Of a DNA stretch of 64,000 nt, positions 9,783-18,781 are shown one piece after another. Position 1 is the first letter of the stretch; each line of letters starts with the position of its first letter. This DNA comes from Escherichia coli (GTDB taxonomy: Bacteria; Pseudomonadota; Gammaproteobacteria; Enterobacterales; Enterobacteriaceae). The notes under the pieces are model-generated. The model was not told where the DNA came from, ran no database searches, and worked only from the letters and a program-made list of their open reading frames with translations. The stretch lies in the NCBI RefSeq assembly GCF_041886205.1, contig NZ_CP169031.1; one strand, written 5' to 3'. The position numbers and the translations under genes are program-made.

Positions 9783-10070
9783 CAGTAAAATTCCTTGCTC
9801 CTTAAAAGGGGAGAGGGTTAATCTAGATATGCTAAGCATGGATATGGCCTCAGATTAATGTTAAGCGTCTTGCAGGACGCGTAATGTTATCTGGGGCTTT
9901 CTTCTGTTATTTGTTTGAGTGCTAGGCAGCAAAGAGAGCTAGCATTCATCAGGCAAATCTATCAATAAATAGCGTTAGTTTTTGTTGTGTGTATGTTTCT
10001 TTATTGTTATTGTGTTGTTTGTTTTTTGGACAACGCAATTCCTATAATCTATAGAATAAAGGAAGTATAT

Positions 10071-10358
10071 ATGGCTGATGTACGCATTACTTGCATTACC
10101 CTCTCCGGCTCGCAATCAATCCATGAGCATATTACTCATGTGGGAAGTCCTCAATTTAATACTAGCAATGGGAAATGGACTGTTGAGCAGGTAATTAATG
10201 CTATTGATAATAATCTCCATACATTCTATGTAACAGATAATGCAGGTAATCGTGTAGACGTTGGGGTTGTTAATCCTGGTAATGGTGGAAGGCAGTTTAT
10301 TAGAACGTATGCAGACAATCGATGGAATAATAATTTACTATCGCTACCAGTCTGTTAA
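10071..10358 (+). CDS. Small DUF3892-like protein
   Basis: 95 aa from MADVRITCI..., with an aaggaag RBS 5 nt upstream. The pattern ITHV...W...FYVTD...V.VV...G..FIRT..D...NNLLSLPVC matches my recollection of DUF3892 proteins. AT-rich leader. Confidence 0.4.
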   Translation: MADVRITCITLSGSQSIHEHITHVGSPQFNTSNGKWTVEQVINAIDNNLHTFYVTDNAGNRVDVGVVNPGNGGRQFIRTYADNRWNNNLLSLPVC

Positions 10359-10365
10359 TGTAATT

Positions 10366-10404
10366 TTATAAAAAAGGCTGCAACCTCTGTTGCAGCCTTT
10401 TTTT
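10366..10404. terminator. Bidirectional rho-independent terminator
   Basis: A-run, then ggctgcaac-ctct-gttgcagcc, then T-run, between the convergent DUF3892-like and ParA-like genes. Confidence 0.6.
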
Positions 10405-10428
10405 AGCCATTATGAGTGAGATAAGCCA

Positions 10429-11439
10429 CTATAAACTCTGAACAAGACGTTCGATTGCTGCACCATATCTTTCTAATGGTTCATTATTGATTTGTGGCTC
10501 AGTATCATGGATCTGATATCTGCCTGGTTTTATATCAAATAGAGGTCTTCCTAGATGGGAAGATACTATAGCTACGGAATGGTTATCTGGCACAGTAAAC
10601 GTTTTTAAATTTCCGCCTTGGAACGCTGTTGGTTTATTCGTCCGCAGATTTTCAGCTCTATCCCTGATTTCGTCGAACATTGCCGAAAACGCTTTACTTG
10701 CTCGTTTGTCATACTCTGTCGAACGATTAAAAACTAGAGAATGAATGACAGGAACCGCTAGACCAAACTGTTGACACCGATCGTAAAAGTTAACAGAACG
10801 ATAATCGTTTTGTACTCCAACGCCATAAACCAACTGGCTTAGGTTATCCACTGCTCGAGCCGAAGAACCATCACTTGAGCAAGGTATTATAATTGCATTT
10901 GCTGCTATCAGTGATAGTTCGGTATAGGCAGAGAAACTGGGGTTGCAATCAATAAAGCAAATGGTTTCTTCGATACCTTGTTGTTGTGCACATGCAACAA
11001 GCAAATCTCGTAGCCACAGGTGGATGCTTTTCCATGAGTCAACTGGTAAGTTTACGCTGCTTAACTGATTGATTACTTGCGCCTGAACTTCCAGGCTTGG
11101 GTCGCCTGCAATCAAAAATACATTGTCAGGGACATGTCCGTTAATTTCAGAGACATGAATTAAGAAACTTGTTTCTGAACCGGTAAGCATGTGGGGGCTG
11201 CGAGTTCTTCTGTCAAAGTACCCACCGACAGTTTTTCGTTGTTGAATTAAGCTCGCGAGGTTAGCAGCACCAGTACCGTTACCGCCGAGCAATATTTCAG
11301 ATAAGTTAGCCTGCGGGCACATATCTGCAAAAATAATACGCTTTTCTGGATTTTGCCTTGCGTATTCACAGGCCATAGCGAAAGATAAGTAGGTCTTTCC
11401 TACGCCACCTTTATTATTCCAAATAGCATACGATTTCAT
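10429..11439 (-). CDS. Orphan ParA/MinD-family P-loop ATPase with ~90-aa C-terminal extension
   Basis: Deviant Walker A (NNKGGVGKTY) near the N-terminus; likely start MKSYAIW at 11439 (track ORF extends to 11484). No partner ParB-like gene; separate from parAB at 1255-3428. Confidence 0.6.
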   Translation of the reverse strand: MKSYAIWNNKGGVGKTYLSFAMACEYARQNPEKRIIFADMCPQANLSEILLGGNGTGAANLASLIQQRKTVGGYFDRRTRSPHMLTGSETSFLIHVSEINGHVPDNVFLIAGDPSLEVQAQVINQLSSVNLPVDSWKSIHLWLRDLLVACAQQQGIEETICFIDCNPSFSAYTELSLIAANAIIIPCSSDGSSARAVDNLSQLVYGVGVQNDYRSVNFYDRCQQFGLAVPVIHSLVFNRSTEYDKRASKAFSAMFDEIRDRAENLRTNKPTAFQGGNLKTFTVPDNHSVAIVSSHLGRPLFDIKPGRYQIHDTEPQINNEPLERYGAAIERLVQSL

Positions 11440-11747
11440 GGTATCCCCGGCGTTATCTGCTGTTTGTGTGCCAGCATAAGTCATTATGCATCTCCATTAC
11501 TATCCATGAATTAAGTCAAAAAATATGTAAAAGTAGCAATGTATCACTCTTTTACTCATTATAAACGTTACAAGTTGTGATGGTTAGCTGTGTTTTTATC
11601 AGTACAAGTTTTGATCTGGCTTTGGGTTTTTATATATGGATATGTCTCAACGATGCCCTGCAAAAAGTGATCGCTAACTGTAAAAATCAGATTGCATCTC
11701 CGACCTCAAACTGAAAATGCCAGGTGACTCCAGATTAGAGCAATCTA

Positions 11748-12593
11748 TCACCCTCTGAATCCTGCCGGTATACCCCATTTTTCGTTATCTTTATTTTTGG
11801 CGAAAACCGCATTAAGAGCTTCGTTTACCGTCATGCAATGCGGCAGATTATCGAAGTTTGATATCCCGCTAATATCAGGAGAACGCTTGTTCTTCAGGTA
11901 AGTATATTTCCGCGCTGCCGCCTCTACTTTCTGCTTGAACTCATGTTTTTGAGCGCGTTTTTTGGATAACCGCAGATTGTCAGCCTTTGCTTTTGCCTCA
12001 GCGATCCATGAAGTCAATTTTTTGAGTCTGGTCGTTCCGGCACCGCCGGAAACTGATCTTTTTGTTTTTTTAATTTGTGACTTCTTATTCTTTATTGCCA
12101 CGTCATCCTGACAGGGGGAGGGGGTATCATTTTGACATGGGGGTGTGGATAAAAAATCAAATAAAGCCAATGTCTTAGCGAGAACAGCTTTAACCTTGGT
12201 TGCGGCTGAAGAGATCTTTAATTTGCTTTCAATTAGCGCATTTTTGGCTTGTTGAGCAAAGGCTAAAAAGGATGGTGTAAACCGGTACAGGTTAGCGCGG
12301 CGTTCACGGTGATCGCCGATAACAATCTCTACCGACAGGATTCCTTTGTTTACAGCTTCACGGAATGCGCGAACGACGGTTGATTGGCTATAACCAGTTT
12401 CTGCCGCGATCAGGCGGTGAGGCTTGTGAATGAAGTATTCACTGGTTGTTGCCGCGAGATTTGCACATTGCGACAGGATATGCCCGGCGCTACGGGATAG
12501 ACCGGAGTGTGTTACAAAGCAGGCCAATTCATAGCCAGAAAAAGTAAAATCGCTCATCGTTATACAGCTCAGGAAAGTGACTTTAGCCAGCAT
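11748..12593 (-). CDS. repL: Lytic replication protein RepL
   Basis: 281-aa ORF downstream of kilA in the ant-kilA-repL arrangement; size and sequence recalled as P1 RepL. Confidence 0.75.
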   Translation of the reverse strand: MLAKVTFLSCITMSDFTFSGYELACFVTHSGLSRSAGHILSQCANLAATTSEYFIHKPHRLIAAETGYSQSTVVRAFREAVNKGILSVEIVIGDHRERRANLYRFTPSFLAFAQQAKNALIESKLKISSAATKVKAVLAKTLALFDFLSTPPCQNDTPSPCQDDVAIKNKKSQIKKTKRSVSGGAGTTRLKKLTSWIAEAKAKADNLRLSKKRAQKHEFKQKVEAAARKYTYLKNKRSPDISGISNFDNLPHCMTVNEALNAVFAKNKDNEKWGIPAGFRG

Positions 12594-12622
12594 TACAATG
12601 CTGGTGGTTCTTACTACGTCTG

Positions 12623-13423
12623 TTAGCGCGTTGCCGCGACAGGTACCAGCACACCAGCATCAAGCAATCGCTTCATCAGCCACTGCTGACCTTTGCCGGT
12701 TATACGAGTCGTGAAAGAAATCCTGCTTCCATTGCTTGTATCGATCACGGTTTCTTTAAGGGTGAAATACCCACGGGATATGTATTCTTGTTTGGGGACG
12801 TTCCTGCGTTCACCGGTTGCGATCAGAATTCCGTTATCACGCAACCAGGTGAAGAGATAGTTTTGGCCCAGGCCGAGCACTTTGGCATAGTTGCCGATTA
12901 GAACCCCGCTGGCGGTAGCAACGCGTTCGGCGAATTCGACTTTAGGTGCATCCATAAGCATTTTTTGCTCCAGCCGTTGCTTTTGCTCTGCCAGGTCGGC
13001 AGCCAAACGGAGAGCTTCAGGGAGACTCTGCGGAATAGCAGGTTGTAATCTTCCGGCTCGATAGTCGATAAATGTCTGGTTTACCTTCAGCCGAAACGCG
13101 GGAGAAATCCAGCCTGCGTACTCCACTGCGAGCAATTCATGGGCAAAAGTGCCGCCGCCACGGCCTTCGAACGAAACTATGCAATTCTGCATAGTTTCTT
13201 TTTCAAGCTCTTCGATGAGCTGTTTGGCTGACAGCGTTCTTAGCCATTGAGCTGGCGCTTTATGGGCACCGAGTCCACTCGCTTTGTGTAGAGCATTAAG
13301 GTTGTAACGGCCAGCGCGGTCGGTCGTAATTTCAACACCACAAATAACAGGCAGAGTGGTTGAAGGATCGACATTTTGATGAAGGTTTGATATATTCATA
13401 TCCGCATTGAATGTTTGTTGCAT
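12623..13423 (-). CDS. kilA: KilA (KilA-N plus shared KilA-C/ANT domain)
   Basis: 266 aa; the C-terminal ~130 aa are clearly homologous to the Ant C-terminus (IPQSLPEALRLAADLAEQK... versus IPQTLPEALRLAAELAEQK...). Confidence 0.75.
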   Translation of the reverse strand: MQQTFNADMNISNLHQNVDPSTTLPVICGVEITTDRAGRYNLNALHKASGLGAHKAPAQWLRTLSAKQLIEELEKETMQNCIVSFEGRGGGTFAHELLAVEYAGWISPAFRLKVNQTFIDYRAGRLQPAIPQSLPEALRLAADLAEQKQRLEQKMLMDAPKVEFAERVATASGVLIGNYAKVLGLGQNYLFTWLRDNGILIATGERRNVPKQEYISRGYFTLKETVIDTSNGSRISFTTRITGKGQQWLMKRLLDAGVLVPVAATR

Positions 13424-13492
13424 TTTTTCTCCAAATTTGCATCAACCTTCAATCACCAGCTCGAAATGGTGATTCTTTGCACTTAGAAAACG

Positions 13493-13509
13493 AAATTTAT
13501 TAGAGCAAA
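13493..13509. promoter_or_regulatory. C1 operator-like site (aaatttattagagcaaa)
   Basis: Match to the asymmetric 17-bp P1 C1 operator consensus ATTGCTCTAATAAATTT (reverse complement), upstream of kilA-repL. Confidence 0.6.
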
Positions 13510-13554
13510 TTTTTCTGACCCGATCCAGATCGGGTTGGACGATCTGCTCAGAAA

Positions 13555-13581
13555 CCTGCCAGTTTGCTGGCAGGTTTTTTT
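13555..13581. terminator. Hairpin with T-run between ant and kilA
   Basis: cctgccag-tttg-ctggcagg followed by ttttttt on the plus strand; a second hairpin lies at 13520-13535. Confidence 0.4.
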
Positions 13582-13587
13582 CTTTTG

Positions 13588-14634
13588 TTAACCTATTGCT
13601 ACTGGTTTTAACAAACCAGCATCAAGTAGCTTGCGAGTTAACCACTGCTGGCCTTTACCCGTTAATTGGGGCGTCAGCCGTATCTGGTAGCCATTTTCAT
13701 CATCCAGCACCACTTCTTTCACCGTGAAATACCCGGCGTTAATGTACTGCTGGCGCGGTACGTTTTTGCGCGCACCAAAAGCCATGAGAATGCCGTTCTG
13801 GCGCAACCATGAGAAAAGGGCGTTTTGCTTAAGTCCAACGACCTTTGCAAAGTTCCCGATCAGGATTCCATTAGCCGCTGATACCCGGTCGGCAAAATCG
13901 ACTTTAGGGGCTGCGGCCACCAGCTGTTGTTCCAACTGCATTTTCTGTTCTGCCAACTCGGCAGCCAGGCGTAGAGCTTCTGGTAATGTTTGGGGGATCG
14001 ATGGGGTAGGGGAGTTTGCCTGCTGCAATTCTTCCAGTTTGTCGATCAGCGAACGGCGGACCGCTTTCGATTCGCGAGCAGCAACGCGCAGGGCTTGTTT
14101 GTATGTCATTACTATAACTACCTGATCCGCTCCACCTTTTTTCTTATCCATAGGGGTTACGAAGATTTCGTAACCCTCCCCATCAAGCTCATCCTTAACT
14201 CTGGCAATGAAATCATTGTTGCGAACTGGTTTTTCGCTACATAATTTCCGTGCCTCATTGACCATCTTTAACAGTGTCAGGCTGTCGATTGTGTCTCCGG
14301 TGTTGGGGATAATATTCACGGCTGGTGCTGGCGTAGCTGACGTAACAGGTGCTGGTTTTTCAACATTCAAATTATTACCGGTCATTCTATGTGCCTCCTT
14401 TCTCATTTCTGCTGCCACTGTTGCGTAACGTAGACGTCCTTGTTCAATCAAATAATCCCTGATCTCGGCTATCAGTAGCCTGTTGATCACAGCCTTATCT
14501 GTTCGGGTATAAAAACGCCTGGTTATCATGAAATAGTTAGCAATTGCGCCGGGGATCTCCCGTGTCGGCATACAGGCAGTATGCAGGGCGATCGCTTCGG
14601 CTATGTCATTACGGGTGACGAGAGGTTTTTTCAT
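13588..14634 (-). CDS. ant1: Antirepressor Ant
   Basis: 348-aa ORF downstream of icd with the ANT/KilA-C C-terminal domain. Confidence 0.75.
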   Translation of the reverse strand: MKKPLVTRNDIAEAIALHTACMPTREIPGAIANYFMITRRFYTRTDKAVINRLLIAEIRDYLIEQGRLRYATVAAEMRKEAHRMTGNNLNVEKPAPVTSATPAPAVNIIPNTGDTIDSLTLLKMVNEARKLCSEKPVRNNDFIARVKDELDGEGYEIFVTPMDKKKGGADQVVIVMTYKQALRVAARESKAVRRSLIDKLEELQQANSPTPSIPQTLPEALRLAAELAEQKMQLEQQLVAAAPKVDFADRVSAANGILIGNFAKVVGLKQNALFSWLRQNGILMAFGARKNVPRQQYINAGYFTVKEVVLDDENGYQIRLTPQLTGKGQQWLTRKLLDAGLLKPVAIG

Positions 14635-14852
14635 AAACCCCCCTGAACGTCGGCAGAGAAGGGGAGGCTCCAGTAACTAAGTGAATTGCGCGAGTTAGTT
14701 GAAAAACGGGCAGTAAAAATGCAGGGGCCATCAGGCAATTGAGAGCGTGCTTCGTCTTCTGTTGCAGCGATAACGAAGTGATAGTGGTGTTTTTTACAGG
14801 AATAGAAACGCCAGATGAATTCTTGGCGTGCGCAAGGATTGGCATTAACCAT
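14631..14852 (-). CDS. icd: Icd (cell division interference protein)
   Basis: 73-aa ORF overlapping the ant start by 4 nt; GAGG RBS 7 nt upstream; immediately downstream of the c4 antisense region. Confidence 0.65.
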   Translation of the reverse strand: MVNANPCARQEFIWRFYSCKKHHYHFVIAATEDEARSQLPDGPCIFTARFSTNSRNSLSYWSLPFSADVQGGL

Positions 14853-14899
14853 AGTTACGGCCTCGTAAGTTGATAAACAACCTGCGACCCGCTGCTAAA

Positions 14900-14990
14900 C
14901 AGGTGGCAGGACGTGACGGGGTTAGCAGACTGGCACTTACGAAACCAGCAGGCCGAAGCCTCCCCATCACGCCCCACCATAATTCGGGCG
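14900..14990 (-). ncRNA. c4: c4-like antisense repressor RNA (approximate bounds)
   Basis: Between a C1 operator-like site (15165) and icd. The transcript would contain cugcuaaccc (14912-14921), complementary to two gguuuagcag target copies, one at 14888-14897 near the icd RBS and one at 15060-15069. Confidence 0.45.
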
Positions 14991-15164
14991 TAACGTGGTT
15001 TACGGACACAAAAATACCGCAATATCGGAAATCTGCGGTTGTCCGCGTAAGTATTCAGGCTGCTAAACCCGGTCGCAGAATTTGCTACGACGGCGGAACT
15101 ATAAGCCTGAACGATTAAAAGGTCAATATGATGCGAAAAGATAGCATTCGCGACTTAAAAATAC

Positions 15165-15181
15165 AAATTTATTAGAGCATT
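15165..15181. promoter_or_regulatory. C1 operator-like site (aaatttattagagcatt)
   Basis: Near-consensus operator at the start of the ImmI operon. Confidence 0.6.
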
Positions 15182-15277
15182 GCTTGTTTAATAAATGCAC
15201 AATTGGATCTAATAACCTCTTTTTTTTAAAGGCGAAAATATGTACCCTAAATGAGTTATAAGGCAGGTGAGGTTATA

Positions 15278-15769
15278 ATGAGAAAACTATTACTACCGTT
15301 ATTATTTATGGCTGGGACTGTTAATGCAGCATCAAGCGTGAAGGAGATTTGTACCGATTATACGAAATACCTTGGGCACGTTTACGGCTTTGCTGTCAGT
15401 CAAGACGAATCCATGCGCAAGAAGTTACTGTCAGATATGAAACGTCTTAAACTTTCTGAAGCGATGGTGCAGCAAGAACTATATAAAGTCGCAACCAACG
15501 AAAATGCTAAATATCAATATTCTCGCCTATTAAATCCCGACGCAAACGAGATCAATCGAAGCACTTTCGATTATATGGTAAAGGCATGCGAAACCGCTCC
15601 TGATTTTGCTATCCCTAGCTGGGGTGTGCTGGTGGCGAGCAATGCCGTTAATAAAGAAGATGTTGGAAGAAATGGCATTGACTCAATAAGAAATGCCCCA
15701 GGAATGCGCCATCAAAACGTACAGGGTACGCTTGAAGAACGAGCCAGGGGGCCGGGTGTAGCCCCATAA
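15278..15769 (+). CDS. Secreted hypothetical protein (Sec signal peptide)
   Basis: Start MRKLLLPLLFMAGTVNA with an AxA cleavage motif; 2 Cys in the mature part; the C-terminus shares a GMR..VQGTLEERARG motif with Sit. AT-rich gene. Confidence 0.55.
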   Translation: MRKLLLPLLFMAGTVNAASSVKEICTDYTKYLGHVYGFAVSQDESMRKKLLSDMKRLKLSEAMVQQELYKVATNENAKYQYSRLLNPDANEINRSTFDYMVKACETAPDFAIPSWGVLVASNAVNKEDVGRNGIDSIRNAPGMRHQNVQGTLEERARGPGVAP

Positions 15770-15857
15770 TTTTATAAATAATATTAAATTCTCTGGGCAT
15801 AGTGGATCTAACAATATGGACTATGCCTATAATATCTAAAAACAAAAGGATAAAAAT

Positions 15858-16364
15858 ATGAAATTGTATAAGTCATTGTATAGCTTTTTATTAATGTCCT
15901 CTTTTCTGCCATTATCAGCAATGGCAGGTTCTACCGTTTGGACGGTAGGAGGTGAGCAAGGGTGGAGAGAAATCTCTGCAACCAATGACGATGGTTACAC
16001 AATTAACTTTTCTTGTGATGCTGGAGCAAGGGAAGGTTCAGAAGATCATATCGCTGGAAGAAATTTGTATGTAAGCGGAGGAAAAGAGAATGCCGATTTT
16101 TCTACACGCGACACAATATCACGTAAAGCAGATGTAATTACTTTAATTGTTGGCCCGGATAGTTTTAATATTGGCACGCAAAACACTGCTCCTAATCGTA
16201 GGGAATGGTATTCATTTTGGAAGGCAGTGTCATCTACAAATGAAAAAAACATAGATGTATATATCGGTTCGAGTCGAATCACATCATTCACTCTGGATGG
16301 TATTTCCAGTATTTATACAGAAGCTAAAAATGACGGGTGTTTAAAACAAGATGACGGTGAATAA
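15858..16364 (+). CDS. Secreted hypothetical protein (Sec signal peptide)
   Basis: N-terminus MKLYKSLYSFLLMSSFLPLSAMA; 168 aa; AT-rich; overlaps the next gene by 14 nt. Confidence 0.55.
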   Translation: MKLYKSLYSFLLMSSFLPLSAMAGSTVWTVGGEQGWREISATNDDGYTINFSCDAGAREGSEDHIAGRNLYVSGGKENADFSTRDTISRKADVITLIVGPDSFNIGTQNTAPNRREWYSFWKAVSSTNEKNIDVYIGSSRITSFTLDGISSIYTEAKNDGCLKQDDGE

Positions 16365-17424
16365 AGTGAAGGATATTAAACACATTTCGCTTAACTCTAA
16401 TAATAAAGCTGAAGGCACTGCCTTTTATGATTATTTAAATGAAATTAAAGGAGTGAGGCATAAAAAGATAAGTGGTTTATTAAATTCAGAATATATTTAC
16501 AAGAGTTTAGTTAAACAGTTTGGAACAGTTAAAAAACAAGAATTAATTAATGATTGTTTTCGAAAAGAACTTGAGTCTTTACCAAAAGTTACGAGAATTG
16601 CACACCAGTTTCGTGAACAAATGGTATTTTTACAGAAACAGTATCAGGCGGCTTTTCCCAGTGATGCAAATGAGCATATTCAAATAATTAAAAATCAAGC
16701 TGAAATGGCTATGCCGTTACGAAAACACTCAGAAGCCATTAATAAGATAGCTGGCTTAAATAATATGGAGGAGGTATTTAAAGAATTACACTCTAATATA
16801 AATTACAAAATTAAGATAAGCAAAGATATTAAAGAAATAATAAAGCAGTATAATAAAACAAGAAGTGTATTATTAGAGCAAGTAGTAGAGCTTGGGCTTG
16901 TTACTATCGCGCAGGCTTATGCTAATGATTCTATAAAATCAGCGCATACCGAAAGTGAGCATCAAAACAAAGGATTTAATAAATCTAGTTCGACGTTTTT
17001 TGATTCATTTAAGGCGCTTCCTTCTCCTATTCAGATCTTCCTTCTGTGGATTTTTTATCAAGTGGTGCTTGGCGCTATAACTGATTATGCAAAAGAAAAG
17101 ACATTATCGCAAATTTACAAGATGGAATCATATCTTCTATCTCTAAATGAGGATAAGCCAATATCTAAGCAAAAGCTAACACAAGAAAATAAAGATATTC
17201 AGTGGGAGGATCTTAATAATTTTAGAGCTATAACAGGTGATAACGTAAGGTTGCATGTCGGCCCTTCTTTAAATAGTGAAGTGATTGAATGCATTGGCAA
17301 AAACACAATTGTTGCTATTTTAGATAAGAAAGATCGTCAATGGCTTTACGTGCAGGTTAAATCAGGGGATGAGTTTATTACTGGTTGGATTACACGAACA
17401 TACACAAAGCCTCTTAAGGCTTGA
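16351..17424 (+). CDS. Membrane protein with C-terminal SH3b-like domain
   Basis: 357 aa; predicted single TM helix (IQIFLLWIFYQVVLGAI); C-terminal RLHVGPSLNSEVI...GWITRTY resembles bacterial SH3b. Lys/Asn-rich, AT-rich codon usage. Confidence 0.55.
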   Translation: MTVNKVKDIKHISLNSNNKAEGTAFYDYLNEIKGVRHKKISGLLNSEYIYKSLVKQFGTVKKQELINDCFRKELESLPKVTRIAHQFREQMVFLQKQYQAAFPSDANEHIQIIKNQAEMAMPLRKHSEAINKIAGLNNMEEVFKELHSNINYKIKISKDIKEIIKQYNKTRSVLLEQVVELGLVTIAQAYANDSIKSAHTESEHQNKGFNKSSSTFFDSFKALPSPIQIFLLWIFYQVVLGAITDYAKEKTLSQIYKMESYLLSLNEDKPISKQKLTQENKDIQWEDLNNFRAITGDNVRLHVGPSLNSEVIECIGKNTIVAILDKKDRQWLYVQVKSGDEFITGWITRTYTKPLKA

Positions 17425-17554
17425 ATTTTATCTCCGCATCTTCGGATTGGGTGTTGATGACGATGTGCTACTTGAAGCACTTGAGTTGTTTTAACGTAGT
17501 ATCTGAAATGTGTAGACTGACCGGTAACAAATGACAACTCGTAGAATCGGTTAA

Positions 17555-18145
<591 letters not shown>

Positions 18146-18155
18146 GGGGGCTGAT

Positions 18156-18767
18156 ATGGGGCTTAATGTTGCTTCAGTAAAGTCTTATGTATCTTCGGCA
18201 TTAACGACGACATTATTTGGCTCCGGCGTTGGTGAGCGGGAAGTTGGTAAGCTGACGTCAATCATCATGAACAAAATGCTGTTCGCGCAAGGATGGCAGT
18301 TCTCTGTCGAAGTTGATGGACTGGAGGGGGCAGATTTCTTTGCCAAAGATATTACCTACCACGATTACAGCATCGAATATGAAACGATTAAAATCGGCGG
18401 AGGGAATATCCTTCAGCCAACGGAGCGTTCGCCTGGGCAGATAACGATGATGGTCAGGGATACCGTTGATGGCCTCGTTTTGGACTGGTTTAAGACGGCA
18501 AAAAGTCGGGTGATCAATCCGGACGGTACCGGGAATATACCGTCTAAATATTTGCTCAATGTGCGTATTTATCGGTTGCTGTCCTCCGGTTTAACCAAAC
18601 TGGAAAATGAGATGACGGTATTCCCGGTCACTACCGGCGATGTCACCTATGCGCGAGATCAGGTTACTGAATTTAAGTCATTCCCAATGACCTTCGCATT
18701 GCACAGCACGTTTAACCAATCCTCAAGTTCTTTGGCTTCCCTTCTGGGCTTTAGCTTTTCTCTTTGA
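18156..18767 (+). CDS. Hypothetical morphogenetic protein
   Basis: 203-aa ORF, tightly packed. Confidence 0.45.
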   Translation: MGLNVASVKSYVSSALTTTLFGSGVGEREVGKLTSIIMNKMLFAQGWQFSVEVDGLEGADFFAKDITYHDYSIEYETIKIGGGNILQPTERSPGQITMMVRDTVDGLVLDWFKTAKSRVINPDGTGNIPSKYLLNVRIYRLLSSGLTKLENEMTVFPVTTGDVTYARDQVTEFKSFPMTFALHSTFNQSSSSLASLLGFSFSL

Positions 18768-18781
18768 ATTAAGGAGCAAGG

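Noticed and set aside
13724-14428. Plus-strand ORFs of 73-133 aa antisense to ant
   Set aside because: They are antisense to a conserved antirepressor gene and have no RBS or promoter context.
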